Shown: positions 1-9,754, counted from the stretch's first letter. The stretch is DNA of 64,000 nt from Halobacteriovoraceae bacterium (GCA_963719505.1 CAVRCF010000004.1:32001-96000); one strand, 5' to 3'. Program-made: numbers and translations. The notes: generated from the letters alone by a model not told the origin.

Positions 1-171
1 AAGCACTGTAATGTAAATGAGCGGATGAAACCTGGTGATACTTACTTGCCACCGAAAGTTTTGCCATCCAAAGGACTTAGGCAGGCTGTCTTTTATGATC
101 ACTTTGAGTCAGATGATAGTATAGGGCGGTATATTCATTTTAATGTCGTCCCTGGTATGGAGGAACAATGA
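1..171 (+). CDS. 3' end of a hypothetical protein (truncated by window edge)
   Basis: Frame 1 is open from base 1 (KHCNVNERMKPG...VPGMEEQ) to TGA at 169-171, an ATGA overlap with the next gene. Confidence 0.7.
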   Translation, partial: KHCNVNERMKPGDTYLPPKVLPSKGLRQAVFYDHFESDDSIGRYIHFNVVPGMEEQ

Positions 172-437
172 AAGTCTTTATCTTTATTTTTATTCTTAGC
201 TTTTCTTCTTTTGCTAGTGTGACAAAAACTTACGCTATCCCTGATATGGTTTGTGGTCACTGTGAAAAGGCGATTACAAAAGAGCTTTTAAAAATCAGAA
301 AAATCAAAAAAGAAAATATTCAATTTGATGTTCAGAAAAAGCAAGTCACCATCACTTTTGAAGATGATACTCTTCTTTCAAAAGCTGAGCTCAAGTCCAT
401 CCAGTATAAAGCGGGTTACGATCTTTTTATAAAATAA
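168..437 (+). CDS. Exported heavy-metal-associated (HMA) domain protein, CopZ/MerP-like
   Basis: Signal peptide, DMVCGHC metal-binding motif, C-terminal KAGY, GGAGG RBS. Confidence 0.85.
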   Translation: MKVFIFIFILSFSSFASVTKTYAIPDMVCGHCEKAITKELLKIRKIKKENIQFDVQKKQVTITFEDDTLLSKAELKSIQYKAGYDLFIK

Positions 438-489
438 GTCCTTAAGCTTCCGGAATTACGAGTTTCTTTGAGTTTATGCCTCTAGAGAT

Positions 490-516
490 GAACTATATAG
501 GCCTTCTCTTCGTCTA
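490..516 (+). promoter_or_regulatory. Putative ECF sigma promoter
   Basis: GAACT-N16-CGTCTA upstream of the Spy-ECF-anti-sigma operon; matches the ECF AAC/CGT pattern. Confidence 0.65.
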
Positions 517-566
517 AAGAATGAAGCTTGTGTTTATAAGCAAAACTTAAATGAAGCAAAGGAGTT

Positions 567-968
567 ATGATGAAACAATTATTATTACCGATTCTTTTTA
601 TGATGATGTTCAGCTCAGTTTCCTATGGAAAATCTGATAAAAGAGGACACCGTTTGGCTCAAAAACTTGATCTCTCCTCAGAACAGATAGAAAAAATTAA
701 AACTCATAGAAAAGAAAATAAAGGGAAGGGAAGAGAGATTAGATCCCAGATGAAACAAGCTAAAGCTGAGTTTGATAAAGCTTTTTTAAATGGAGAGTCA
801 GACTCTGGTCTAAAAGCTCTTCATTCTAAGTTAAAAAACTTGAGGACTAGTCAAATGGATCTTCAGTATAATAAACTTGTCTTTATGAAGTCTGTTTTAA
901 CCAAAGAGCAGAGACAAAAATTTATCAGTTTGAAAAAAGAAAGAAAAAAAAGAAAAGGTAAAAAATAA
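567..968 (+). CDS. Spy/CpxP-family periplasmic protein
   Basis: Signal peptide; LDLSSEQ and LTKEQR (LTxxQ) motifs; helical. Confidence 0.8.
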   Translation: MMKQLLLPILFMMMFSSVSYGKSDKRGHRLAQKLDLSSEQIEKIKTHRKENKGKGREIRSQMKQAKAEFDKAFLNGESDSGLKALHSKLKNLRTSQMDLQYNKLVFMKSVLTKEQRQKFISLKKERKKRKGKK

Positions 969-1481
969 GTGTTTAAAAGAGCGCTAGATCTTTTTACTCC
1001 TTCAAAGAGCCTATCCTTGGAGGAGTTTGAAAATCTCTATCTTGAGCATAAAGAGTTTGTGAGGAATTCAATTTTCTGGATGGTAGGAAACGAGAATGCA
1101 AACGAGTTGACCCAAGATACTTTTATTAAAGCATGGAAAAATTACTCTAGCTTTAAAGGGGATTCAACCTTTAAAACTTGGATCTATAGAATTGCCATGA
1201 ACACGGCAAAAGATTTTTTGAGAAAGCACACGTACGCTGTTGAGTTCAGTGAATGTGACGGTGGGCCAAATGAGATGGAAATAGATCAAAAGCAACTTGT
1301 TGAAATGGCCATCGCGAAATTGTCGGTGGCACAAAGAGAGATGTTCATACTTTTCTACAAATTCGAATATAGCTATCGAGAAATCTCTGACATCACCCAA
1401 GTGAAAGAGGGGACGGTTAAATCAAGAATTCAAAAAGCAAAAGTGATATTTTCAACATTTGTTAAAGATAATGGAGAATAA
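969..1481 (+). CDS. ECF RNA polymerase sigma factor
   Basis: Region 2 (ELTQDTFIKAW, FKTWIYRIAMN) and region 4 (SYREIS...EGTVKSRI). Confidence 0.93.
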   Translation: MFKRALDLFTPSKSLSLEEFENLYLEHKEFVRNSIFWMVGNENANELTQDTFIKAWKNYSSFKGDSTFKTWIYRIAMNTAKDFLRKHTYAVEFSECDGGPNEMEIDQKQLVEMAIAKLSVAQREMFILFYKFEYSYREISDITQVKEGTVKSRIQKAKVIFSTFVKDNGE

Positions 1482-1483
1482 AA

Positions 1484-1753
1484 ATGAAGGACGAAGAAAT
1501 TAAAAATCTTTTGAAAGTTAAGTCGATAAAAGAGCCAGATTTTGAGTGGTCAAAAATTAAAAGCTCAATCAAGGCGAACGATATAAAGGTCAAACTTTCA
1601 ACGTTTGGAGTTTTTGCAACTTTACTTCTTTTAATTACGCTTAATATTTATCAACAAGAAGAGTCTACCGATGTGAATGAAGTCATCAATTACATGTTTG
1701 AAGACAACTACCTGGCAGCAGACTCTACTTATGATTATGTGGATCTGTACTAA
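1484..1753 (+). CDS. Putative anti-sigma factor (single transmembrane helix)
   Basis: Directly follows the ECF sigma gene; cytoplasmic N-terminus plus one TM helix. Confidence 0.6.
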   Translation: MKDEEIKNLLKVKSIKEPDFEWSKIKSSIKANDIKVKLSTFGVFATLLLLITLNIYQQEESTDVNEVINYMFEDNYLAADSTYDYVDLY

Positions 1754-2247
1754 AAGGTACAGCTTTGAACGACATGTTTTTTGAGTCTACCAAGTCTCGT
1801 TCTTTCATACCCCTCCATGACTCCCTCAAAACTTTTCGGATTTGCTAAATTTTGATCTACAGAAATACTAAAAGGATAGAGTCTATTCCAAACTTGTTCC
1901 GATTTTATCTTTGCAAAAGTTAAAGTTCTATTCTTGTAAGTTAAGAGCATTCCAGTAGAACCAGGAGTTTTAAAGATCTTTTCGAATCCATCCTTAAGAG
2001 GCAGATCACTAGGGTCTAACTCCATATTCCATCCAAAATAATCTATCGGTGAGCCGACAACCCCAACCTTCAGTTTTATGACATTCTTTGATTCATCCAG
2101 TCTCGTCTCGAAACGGCAAAACCTAGGCGCATTTTGAGATTCATACTGTCTACTTGTCTTTACCTTATAGCTTTGAGTTTCTACATACTGGGGCTCGAAG
2201 GCAAGTAAAGTCTGGGTCGCTAATAGAGCGATAATTATTGTTTTCAT
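1750..2247 (-). CDS. Exported hypothetical protein
   Basis: Signal peptide, AGGAG RBS, two Cys. Confidence 0.7.
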   Translation of the reverse strand: MKTIIIALLATQTLLAFEPQYVETQSYKVKTSRQYESQNAPRFCRFETRLDESKNVIKLKVGVVGSPIDYFGWNMELDPSDLPLKDGFEKIFKTPGSTGMLLTYKNRTLTFAKIKSEQVWNRLYPFSISVDQNLANPKSFEGVMEGYERTRLGRLKKHVVQSCTF

Positions 2248-2361
2248 TCTATCTCCTTGAAAGATAAAATCTTATGTATAAGAGTTTGGTATGTCAAACA
2301 TCCAACAAATGTACTAGGAAAGAATATTGTTAGGGGGAGAGGATTGTGCTAATTATTTCCC

Positions 2362-3114
2362 ATGTCAATTATAGAACTACAAAAAGCCATTGAGCCACAA
2401 ATCACACTGCTTCAAAATCATAAGCTTTATAAAAGTATCTATAGCATCGAAAAGTTAAAAGTTTTTATGCAAAGACATGTTTATGCTGTTTTTGATTTTA
2501 TGTCCTTGGCCAAAGCGCTTCAAAATGAATTCGCGCCAATTCAGACCATTTGGGTACCACCAAAAGACCAAAAGCTTGCGAGATTTGTGAATGAAATCAT
2601 TTTCGCTGAGGAATCCGACGAGTGCGATGGAAGAACCTTTAGCCATTTTGAAATGTACATCGAAGCGATGAATGAGGTCGGGGCAAACAGTGATTTGGCC
2701 ATGCACTTTGTGAGGCAAGTAGGCTCTTTGGGTGTGGACCAAGCCCTAGCTGACAAAGCGATACCAAAAAGTTGTCGCGATTTTTCACAGTACTCTTTCG
2801 ATCTCGTTCGATCAGCAAAGATTCACCAAATAGCTTCAGCCTTTTGCTTTGGTAGAGAAAAAGTTATTCCCATAATGTTTCAAAGTATCTTGGACAAAAT
2901 GAATATAAGGCAATCAGATGCCCCAATGTTTCACCTCTATTTGAATCGTCATATCGAAATTGATGGTGAATCCCATGGGCCTTTGGCACTTAAAATAATT
3001 GAAAGCCTCTGCGGAGAAAATAGCACGCGTTGGGAAGAAGCGAAACAGTCAGCTATTTTAGCTCTAGATAAGAGATTGAAATTTTGGGATGAAGTAAGCA
3101 AAGAGTTGGAATAG
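2362..3114 (+). CDS. DUF3050 heme-oxygenase-like protein
   Basis: HVYAVFDFMSL, WVPP, EESD, SHFEMY, FGRE, RHIEIDGESHG motifs. Confidence 0.85.
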   Translation: MSIIELQKAIEPQITLLQNHKLYKSIYSIEKLKVFMQRHVYAVFDFMSLAKALQNEFAPIQTIWVPPKDQKLARFVNEIIFAEESDECDGRTFSHFEMYIEAMNEVGANSDLAMHFVRQVGSLGVDQALADKAIPKSCRDFSQYSFDLVRSAKIHQIASAFCFGREKVIPIMFQSILDKMNIRQSDAPMFHLYLNRHIEIDGESHGPLALKIIESLCGENSTRWEEAKQSAILALDKRLKFWDEVSKELE

Positions 3115-3193
3115 TGTCACTTTGACTTCGGTAAAACCTAAAAAGACAATTAGCACTTTCATAAAAACCGATTTCATGCCATAATAGTAGTGG

Positions 3194-4084
3194 ATGAATA
3201 GCAAATCCTTAATTTCTACCTTTTTAATAATTTCAAGTTTTGTAATTTCAAATTCAGCATCAAGTGAATCATTCGAGCAGTGGAAACAGGATTATGCAGC
3301 TAGGGCTTCAAAAAGAGGTTTATCTAAGAGCTTTGTGCTCAGTACTCTAAAGAACGTTCAAAGAGACCCTAAAGTTGTCGAAAGAGACAAAAATCAAGTT
3401 ACTCTCGACACTGAAAGAAGCTATCAAAAGTTTATGGGCAGATGGCTTCGCGATGATAATGAGCGAGTAGTCCAAGGAATAAAACTTCTCAAAGAGCACG
3501 CAACTCTTCTTCAAAAAATCGAAGATGAGTATGGAGTTGAGAAAGAAATAATTGTTTCTTTGTGGGGAGTTGAAACTTTTTACGGACGAATTACCGGTGA
3601 CTATAATGTTGTGAGATCATTAGCAACATTGTCTCATGATGGTAGAAGAAGAAAGTTCTACGAAACTCAATTGAATGCCACGTTGAGACTTATAAAGAAC
3701 AAGCACACAACAGCAAAAGATTTTGTAGGAAGTTGGGCAGGAGCAACAGGTCAGTGCCAATTTATGCCATCTAATATTCCCGCTTACGGGCAGGATTACA
3801 ACAAGGATGGAAAGATCGACATTTGGTCAACGAAAGCTGATGTTTTCGCGTCCATTGCAAATTTTCTTCGCCAAGTTGGCTGGAAAAAAAATGATAAGGT
3901 TGGAACTTTTATTTCTAAATCTTCCAACACAAAGAACATGAATACTGCGACTATCCCTTTACAAGATAGTCCCATTATTCTGAAGGGACCTAATTACAGG
4001 GCAATTCAAAGATGGAACAACTCCAGTCTTTTTGTCGCTTTTAATATGGTTCTTATGGATTCATTTCAAAAGGAGTTAAAATGA
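3194..4084 (+). CDS. Lytic murein transglycosylase (MltB/SLT_2 family)
   Basis: Signal peptide; WGVETFYG, GSWAGATGQCQFMPS, DYNKDGKID, SIANFL. Confidence 0.9.
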   Translation: MNSKSLISTFLIISSFVISNSASSESFEQWKQDYAARASKRGLSKSFVLSTLKNVQRDPKVVERDKNQVTLDTERSYQKFMGRWLRDDNERVVQGIKLLKEHATLLQKIEDEYGVEKEIIVSLWGVETFYGRITGDYNVVRSLATLSHDGRRRKFYETQLNATLRLIKNKHTTAKDFVGSWAGATGQCQFMPSNIPAYGQDYNKDGKIDIWSTKADVFASIANFLRQVGWKKNDKVGTFISKSSNTKNMNTATIPLQDSPIILKGPNYRAIQRWNNSSLFVAFNMVLMDSFQKELK

Positions 4085-4539
4085 AATTCGAAGTTGGTGA
4101 CAATATCTCAGGCGAAAGTATTACAACTGGTAAATACCTAGGGCTTGAAGCGATGTACGGAAAAGATTTTCACCGTATTTATGACAATACTAAAAAAATG
4201 ACAGTTTTTGTTCCTATTGGAGAAGAAGGTAAGTTGAGAAAACTTCCGACCAAAGATACGGTTATTTCTTCGTTAAAATCTTTTGCCAAAGGTGAATTAA
4301 TTGAGTCTGACCAAATTGATGGTAGCCGCTATAAATTCTTTAAAGATAAATTAAAGCTGGTTAATTTTAAGAAAAGTATTGAAGTTCTTCATGACCTAAC
4401 ACTCTTAAAAAAGAATAAAGAGATCACAGTTAGTGAAAGAAAACTCCTTACATCATTAAAAGATAAGTTACTGATTGAGATATCTTTTATCATGGGAATT
4501 GATATGGCCATGGCAGAAGAAAAAGTAACAATAAATTAA
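4081..4539 (+). CDS. Divergent CarD/CdnL-family transcription regulator
   Basis: MKFEVGD start, KMTVFVP...LRKL, SRYK, VLHDL, SERKLL..LLIEIS pattern. Confidence 0.7.
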   Translation: MKFEVGDNISGESITTGKYLGLEAMYGKDFHRIYDNTKKMTVFVPIGEEGKLRKLPTKDTVISSLKSFAKGELIESDQIDGSRYKFFKDKLKLVNFKKSIEVLHDLTLLKKNKEITVSERKLLTSLKDKLLIEISFIMGIDMAMAEEKVTIN

Positions 4540-4547
4540 GAAGAAAA

Positions 4548-5507
4548 ATGAAGAAGTTAAAAGATATCAACTGGAATCATCTTTATGCCTTTCATGAGGT
4601 AGCAAAAGTCCAGTCGTTAAAGAAAGGTGCCAAAGGAATAGGTTTGGCATCTTCCACTTTAAGCGAACAGCTCAAAAAATTCGAAGAAAATTTAGAAGTT
4701 AGACTTTTTATTCGTAGCTCGAAAGGGCTCTCACTTACTCAAGAGGGTATTAAGCTCTTTGAGAGATCAAAAGTTATATTCGAAGAAGGAAATAAACTCC
4801 TTGAGCAATTCTCAGATGAGATTGTTGGAGGATATCCCGTCAATATTGGCATTGAAGAAACTGTTTCGAGTGATCTATCGACGGAGTTTGCGTCTCAGTA
4901 CTGGGATCTCTATACAAAGTACGGCACTGTAAATACTGTTAGGGAAGTTGGTCACGAGGCACTGGTTGAAAGTTTAGTAAGAGGAAATATTGACTGGGGA
5001 ATTAGCACCAGACCTCCAAGAAGGAAAACGATAGAGCACGCTGAAATTGGCTCCTTTGAAATTGTTTTTTGTTGTGCTAAAAATCTCTATCAAAAATTTA
5101 AAGACAAAAAAGATATTCTTATTAATATACCTTTTGCTGAAAGTAGTTGGGATAAGACATTAAATAAATCTATTTATAAACATATGAGAAAATTTAATAT
5201 TGTTCCAAAAGAAAAAATATCTAGTGACCATAGAGGATTTGTCGACAAGCTTTGTGAAAGAGGTCGTTGTGTGATGTTTATTCCTCAAAACCCTTTGGCC
5301 AACTATACTAAGTTAGAAACCTTTACCTTAGATGAGCCAATTAGAATTTCTTTGTACGCTATTTGGAAAAAAGGTGATGAATCAATGATCTCCATATCGA
5401 CATTGCAAAAGCTTATTGAGTCGAAAATCACCAACCTCCCAATTCGGTATGATGATATTGATTATCAAATAGAGGTCTCAGACGTTTCAAAAGAGAAGTT
5501 GAATTAA
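4548..5507 (+). CDS. LysR-family transcription regulator (NhaR-like)
   Basis: INWNHLYAF...STLSEQLKKFEENLEVRLFIR...LTQEG HTH domain. Confidence 0.9.
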   Translation: MKKLKDINWNHLYAFHEVAKVQSLKKGAKGIGLASSTLSEQLKKFEENLEVRLFIRSSKGLSLTQEGIKLFERSKVIFEEGNKLLEQFSDEIVGGYPVNIGIEETVSSDLSTEFASQYWDLYTKYGTVNTVREVGHEALVESLVRGNIDWGISTRPPRRKTIEHAEIGSFEIVFCCAKNLYQKFKDKKDILINIPFAESSWDKTLNKSIYKHMRKFNIVPKEKISSDHRGFVDKLCERGRCVMFIPQNPLANYTKLETFTLDEPIRISLYAIWKKGDESMISISTLQKLIESKITNLPIRYDDIDYQIEVSDVSKEKLN

Positions 5508-5541
5508 TTCAGTAGCTTAAAGCTTCTTGACACCTTGGAAG

Positions 5542-5558
5542 GTTCGGTAAATACGAAC
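5542..5558. promoter_or_regulatory. Palindrome GTTCG-N7-CGAAC, candidate LysR box
   Basis: Perfect 5-bp arms with a T-N11-A core just downstream of lysR; a related copy lies at 3127-3141. Confidence 0.5.
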
Positions 5559-5594
5559 TTGTGAAAATACCAATATTATTGATTAAAGGGCTCA

Positions 5595-5612
5595 TGTATA
5601 CTTATCTAGACA
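5595..5612. promoter_or_regulatory. TGTNTA-N6-TANACA palindrome (copy 1)
   Basis: TGTATACTTATCTAGACA. Confidence 0.55.
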
Positions 5613-5641
5613 TATTTATCACCACCAAATAGGAGATTAAA

Positions 5642-5812
5642 TTGAAAAAAGAGCACAAAGTTAAATCTAAAGAAACAAAGACGAAAACTGATTACAAGAA
5701 AGCTAAAAAAGAAATTAAAGATCTTATAGACTTTAATACGACGAAAGTTGAACCTTTAAATTTTACAAGAAAAAACCTTCTTGAAGATGAGGACTGCCTT
5801 TCTTATTTGTAG
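5642..5812 (+). CDS. Small Lys-rich hypothetical protein (56 aa), not in ORF track
   Basis: AGGAG RBS at 5631-5635, TTG start, MKKEHKVKSK...EDEDCLSYL, followed by a terminator. Confidence 0.65.
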   Translation: MKKEHKVKSKETKTKTDYKKAKKEIKDLIDFNTTKVEPLNFTRKNLLEDEDCLSYL

Positions 5813-5835
5813 TAAAAAAAAATCTTTATAGTTAT

Positions 5836-5867
5836 AAAAGCCTCAAATTAGTTTGAGGCTTTTTTTT
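5836..5867. terminator. Bidirectional intrinsic terminator
   Basis: AAAAGCCTCAAA-ttag-TTTGAGGCTTTT with T tracts between convergent genes. Confidence 0.85.
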
Positions 5868-5874
5868 ATTTTTT

Positions 5875-6762
5875 TTATGAGTCTTTATCTCTCTTTAAAA
5901 TTTCTTTTAAAGAATCGCCAGCTTCGAGAGTTCGAATTGGGAAAGGGATATTGAATCCTTGATCCACAAGAGCTTTTTTGACTAAGTTTATAGCATCGTG
6001 GCGGACCTGAAAATAATTTCCACCTGGATATTTGTACCACACTTGTCCAAAAAGGTTCACGCTACTTCCACCTAAGCTTTCTATGTAGGCATCTGGAGCT
6101 GGGTCGGTGAGAATTCCCGGAACAGAATTGAGAGCATCTAAAACGACTTTAACAGCTTTTGCTTGATCATCTTCATATCCAACACCCACTTCAATCTTAA
6201 TTTTTCTTTTTCCAAAGCTAGAGTAGTTAGTAAGTTCATTGGTTGTGAAGTCTTTATTTGGTATAAAGATATCTTGGCCGTCAAAATTCCTAACATGTGT
6301 ATCTCTAAGTCTTATATCAATGACGGTTCCCATAGTGCCCTTTATTTTGACAACATCCCCAATCTTTATTGGAGCTCGAAGGGCTAGCATGATACCTGCA
6401 ATGAAGTTTGAGGCAAGATCCTGGAAAGCAAAACCCAGTGCTAGTCCTATAACACCAACTCCGGCTAAGAGTGAGAAGACAGTCTTTTGAAGATCGAGCA
6501 CGCCAAGAGCAAAGACTAATCCCAAACATATAACAAGTATTTTTGCCGTAGAGGCCAATAAGCGTTCAATATTTTCATTGATATGAGTTTTCTTGAACAT
6601 TTTTAATGCCCAGTTATAAATGATCTTACTGAGGATCCAAAAGAAAATGACAATGAGAAGAGCGATAATAAGATTTGGGAGCATTTTTATGCTAGCTTCA
6701 GCCCATCCTTCGAGTTTATCGTAAAGTTTCGCAACTCCGTCTTTGATTGCGTTCATTTCCAT
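5875..6762 (-). CDS. mscS: Small-conductance mechanosensitive channel
   Basis: GLALGFAFQDLASNF...IKIGD...IPNK; start revised to the ATG at 6762 with AGGAG RBS. Confidence 0.92.
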   Translation of the reverse strand: MEMNAIKDGVAKLYDKLEGWAEASIKMLPNLIIALLIVIFFWILSKIIYNWALKMFKKTHINENIERLLASTAKILVICLGLVFALGVLDLQKTVFSLLAGVGVIGLALGFAFQDLASNFIAGIMLALRAPIKIGDVVKIKGTMGTVIDIRLRDTHVRNFDGQDIFIPNKDFTTNELTNYSSFGKRKIKIEVGVGYEDDQAKAVKVVLDALNSVPGILTDPAPDAYIESLGGSSVNLFGQVWYKYPGGNYFQVRHDAINLVKKALVDQGFNIPFPIRTLEAGDSLKEILKRDKDS

Positions 6763-6818
6763 TGGTTCTCCTTTTTCAAAATAACATACCAAACTATAAT
6801 CTATTTTCATTGATTTTA

Positions 6819-6836
6819 TGTGTAAAAAACTAAACA
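6819..6836. promoter_or_regulatory. TGTNTA-N6-TANACA palindrome (copy 2)
   Basis: TGTGTAAAAAACTAAACA upstream of mscS. Confidence 0.55.
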
Positions 6837-7104
6837 TTTAAAGTTTCTGTTGGCTTGGAAAATGAAGTGACTTTGGTTATTAATGATTAGGATAAAGGTA
6901 GAAGCATAGGCATAGATAACCTGTAGAGTATTGAATCGGCTTTTGATCGATCTATGTCTAAGTATATTTATCCGAGGCTTAATAAAAGTTATGAAATTGG
7001 TAAAAGAATGAGTATATTGGAAATAGAAGAAAAGAGTCTAACTTCAAAAGCATACTAGTAACCCAGCTGTGCCCGCTTCATGAAATTAGTAGGTGAGGAG
7101 AAAA

Positions 7105-7902
7105 ATGAAAAAATCACTTATATTTCTTTTACTTTGTCTTGTTGCCAGTTCATGCGCGACTTACAAAGCGGATGAAACGTATAAAATAATTGAGGATATT
7201 CCTTACACAACTAATAAAACTGATGAAAGATTGCAAGGAGACCTCTACCTAAGTTCAAAAGATAATAGTCCTATTGTTTTTGTCGTTCACGGGGGCGGAT
7301 GGTCATCGAGAAACAAGTCAGATATGGATAATGTCAGTGTCTCATTGGCCAGCCACGGTTTTAATGTCTTCAACATCAATTATAGGCTAAGCCCTGAACA
7401 CAGACACCCTGCAGCTATAGAAGATCTCTCTGAAGCTGTTTTATTTATAAAAAAGAATTATCCTAAGATCGACAGCTCAAAAGTTGCTTTGTGGGGTTAT
7501 TCTTCCGGTGCTCACACGTCATTGATGTACGGGATGGTGCATAATCGCGAGGTAAAGGCAATCGTCAGTGGAGGAGCTCCTTATGATTTAGCTTGGTACA
7601 AGTTTTCACCCTACATAAAAGACTATCTTGGAGAACACAGAGAAGGTTTTCTAAAAGAATATTATGAAGCATCTCCGATAAACCACATACGCAAAGGAGG
7701 GCCTGCTTTTTTTCTTTATCACGGAAAGTCTGATAGTCTTTTAGAACATTCTCAAATGACTAACTTTGAAGGAAGACTCTTAATGGCAGGTGTTGAAGTT
7801 GAATCTCTCAGTGTTTCTTGGTGGGGCCACGCTACACTTTTGCTGTTTTCTAAAGAGCCAATTGTAAAAGGAATAAAATTTATTAAAAGAAAATTAAATT
7901 AG
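7105..7902 (+). CDS. Alpha/beta hydrolase (esterase/lipase) lipoprotein
   Basis: Lipobox VASSC, HGGGW, GYSSG nucleophile, HGKSD, WGH; start revised using GAGGAG RBS. Confidence 0.88.
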   Translation: MKKSLIFLLLCLVASSCATYKADETYKIIEDIPYTTNKTDERLQGDLYLSSKDNSPIVFVVHGGGWSSRNKSDMDNVSVSLASHGFNVFNINYRLSPEHRHPAAIEDLSEAVLFIKKNYPKIDSSKVALWGYSSGAHTSLMYGMVHNREVKAIVSGGAPYDLAWYKFSPYIKDYLGEHREGFLKEYYEASPINHIRKGGPAFFLYHGKSDSLLEHSQMTNFEGRLLMAGVEVESLSVSWWGHATLLLFSKEPIVKGIKFIKRKLN

Positions 7903-7911
7903 GAGAGTTAT

Positions 7912-8172
7912 ATGTTTACTAAAATTTACAATGCGTTAGGAGTAAAGGGAATAGTCGTCACATTATCAGCTTTTCTCTTTATCATCTTCTGTGTTCAAAA
8001 TACTGAACCCGTAGCAATCAATTTCTTTTTTTGGGAGCTAACTCAATTTCCTAAACTTTATCTTCTTGTACTACTTACTCTTTTTGGTTTTGTTGGAGGG
8101 TTTGTCGTTGGGAAGTTTGGATTTAAAAGACAAGAGCCGAAAGTGGAAAGCTCTGGGCCAAATATTATTTGA
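7912..8172 (+). CDS. LapA/DUF1049-family small membrane protein
   Basis: IIFCVQNTEPVAINFFFW motif, two TM helices, AGGAG RBS. Confidence 0.75.
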   Translation: MFTKIYNALGVKGIVVTLSAFLFIIFCVQNTEPVAINFFFWELTQFPKLYLLVLLTLFGFVGGFVVGKFGFKRQEPKVESSGPNII

Positions 8173-8932
8173 TTTTTTTTATGAATATGAAAGAGATGTC
8201 ATCATCCTTCTTCCAAGTCTCAGGGTTTTGTTCTTTACAAATTTCACAAAGCTTCTCAAAGCCTTCTTCGAAAGAGACCTTTTCAATAATTTCTTTAAGT
8301 TGATCATGGGAAAAATTATCAAATAATCCGTCACTTCCCAGTAAAATAAGATGGCCAATTTTTAATTCGATTTTTGAAGTTGTCTCCATTCGAATATTTT
8401 TATCGCCCAAAAGATTAAGAACATAATGTCTCATGGGGTCATCGAGAGACTCTTCTTGGTCAATCGTTCCACTTTCTATCATGTAGCCAACTTCTGACTG
8501 CGGAATATTTCTGTACATCTCATTGAGCTTTGAATTCCAATAAATAACTTCCGAGTCTCCAACACTTACTGATTGAAGCATATTATCTTCAATTTTGAGA
8601 CAGACAAGAGTCGTCCTCGCTCCCACTTTCAGGGCTTTTACGTTCTCGTTAGCATCAATACAGGTGTCAATCAAACCTCTGCCACTATCAAAAAAATTCG
8701 AATAGCTCTCAACTGCTACCTTAGAGGCTTCAGCTCCTTTAGGGTGGCCGCCGGCTCCGTCAGCGATGGCAAATAATATAGAATCTTCCTTTTCGCTTAT
8801 GATGAGTGAGTCTTCGTTGAGGCTTTTTGTCTTATTCTTAAACCTGAAATAACCAAACTTGTAGTTCTCATTTTCAATAAGTTTGTATTGATCTTCAGTA
8901 TCGCCGCTTAGGACAAAGTTCTTAGATGGCAT
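8165..8932 (-). CDS. PP2C-family Ser/Thr phosphatase
   Basis: NEDS, AIADGAGGH, VGDS, LGSDGL, DDIS; start uncertain (8932 or 8953). Confidence 0.9.
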   Translation of the reverse strand: MPSKNFVLSGDTEDQYKLIENENYKFGYFRFKNKTKSLNEDSLIISEKEDSILFAIADGAGGHPKGAEASKVAVESYSNFFDSGRGLIDTCIDANENVKALKVGARTTLVCLKIEDNMLQSVSVGDSEVIYWNSKLNEMYRNIPQSEVGYMIESGTIDQEESLDDPMRHYVLNLLGDKNIRMETTSKIELKIGHLILLGSDGLFDNFSHDQLKEIIEKVSFEEGFEKLCEICKEQNPETWKKDDDISFIFIKKIK

Positions 8933-9653
8933 CGGACCAGTCCATTTGTTCAAGATGAAATCGTAAATGAGAGACCGTTTTAAATCGGCCTAGAATTAAG
9001 CTTCTTTTTAAGCCACAAACAATATATTTGATAGATGGAGGAAGGTCTTTGTAATACTTAGCCCCACCAAGGATGTCGTAAAAAATCCTAATTGTTTTTA
9101 TAATATCTTCATCTCTATTATCTTTTTTAGAGTCACCCCAGTGGTGAAAATCAATTATTTTGATGTCAAATTCAAGACCAAACTTTTTAATGATAATATT
9201 ATCGACGTGAAGATCTCCATGGTATTCTCCATTGAGATGAATGAATTCGAGACCACAAACTAATGAATAAAGAAGATGAATCCCAGCAAAAATACTTAGT
9301 TTTTTCCTCTTCTGTTTTTCAATTAAGTCACCAAGGATTTCCCCTTCAATAAGCTCACAGACAATACAAGCTATCTTCTGTCCCTTTATTTTAAATTTTT
9401 CATGTGAGTGAAAATTAACAATAAGCGGACTTTCTGACAGTTTATGGAGTTTCTTAGAGTTTCTAAGGCTGACTTGAAACTTTTTATTTCTTTGAGGATA
9501 AAAAAGCTTCAGGGCCCTTGGAATCTTTGAGTCGATCTCTAGAACCTTAAAGACTTCACCTTCCAATCCTGATCCAATATGATCTGTGATAATATACTTA
9601 TTACCAATAGTATCACCAGGCTCTAAATCAAAATTTTCAATCGTTTTTTCCAT
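8922..9653 (-). CDS. Ser/Thr protein kinase (compact)
   Basis: IGSGLEGEV, RALK, HGDLHVDN, IIDF. Confidence 0.88.
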   Translation of the reverse strand: MEKTIENFDLEPGDTIGNKYIITDHIGSGLEGEVFKVLEIDSKIPRALKLFYPQRNKKFQVSLRNSKKLHKLSESPLIVNFHSHEKFKIKGQKIACIVCELIEGEILGDLIEKQKRKKLSIFAGIHLLYSLVCGLEFIHLNGEYHGDLHVDNIIIKKFGLEFDIKIIDFHHWGDSKKDNRDEDIIKTIRIFYDILGGAKYYKDLPPSIKYIVCGLKRSLILGRFKTVSHLRFHLEQMDWSDAI

Positions 9654-9754
9654 CGCTATATAATCAGCTGTTTTAACCTCTTTCGCAAGATTATCTTGCC
9701 ACTATTTTAATTCTTAGATACTTTTTAAGAACACTTTAATACAAGAGGATTGAG

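Noticed and set aside
6834-7058. Protein-like + frame interrupted by two TAG codons (possible recoding or gene remnant)
   Set aside because: No RBS or recognisable domain, and TAG is a normal stop in many genes here, so recoding is unsupported; at most a decayed fragment
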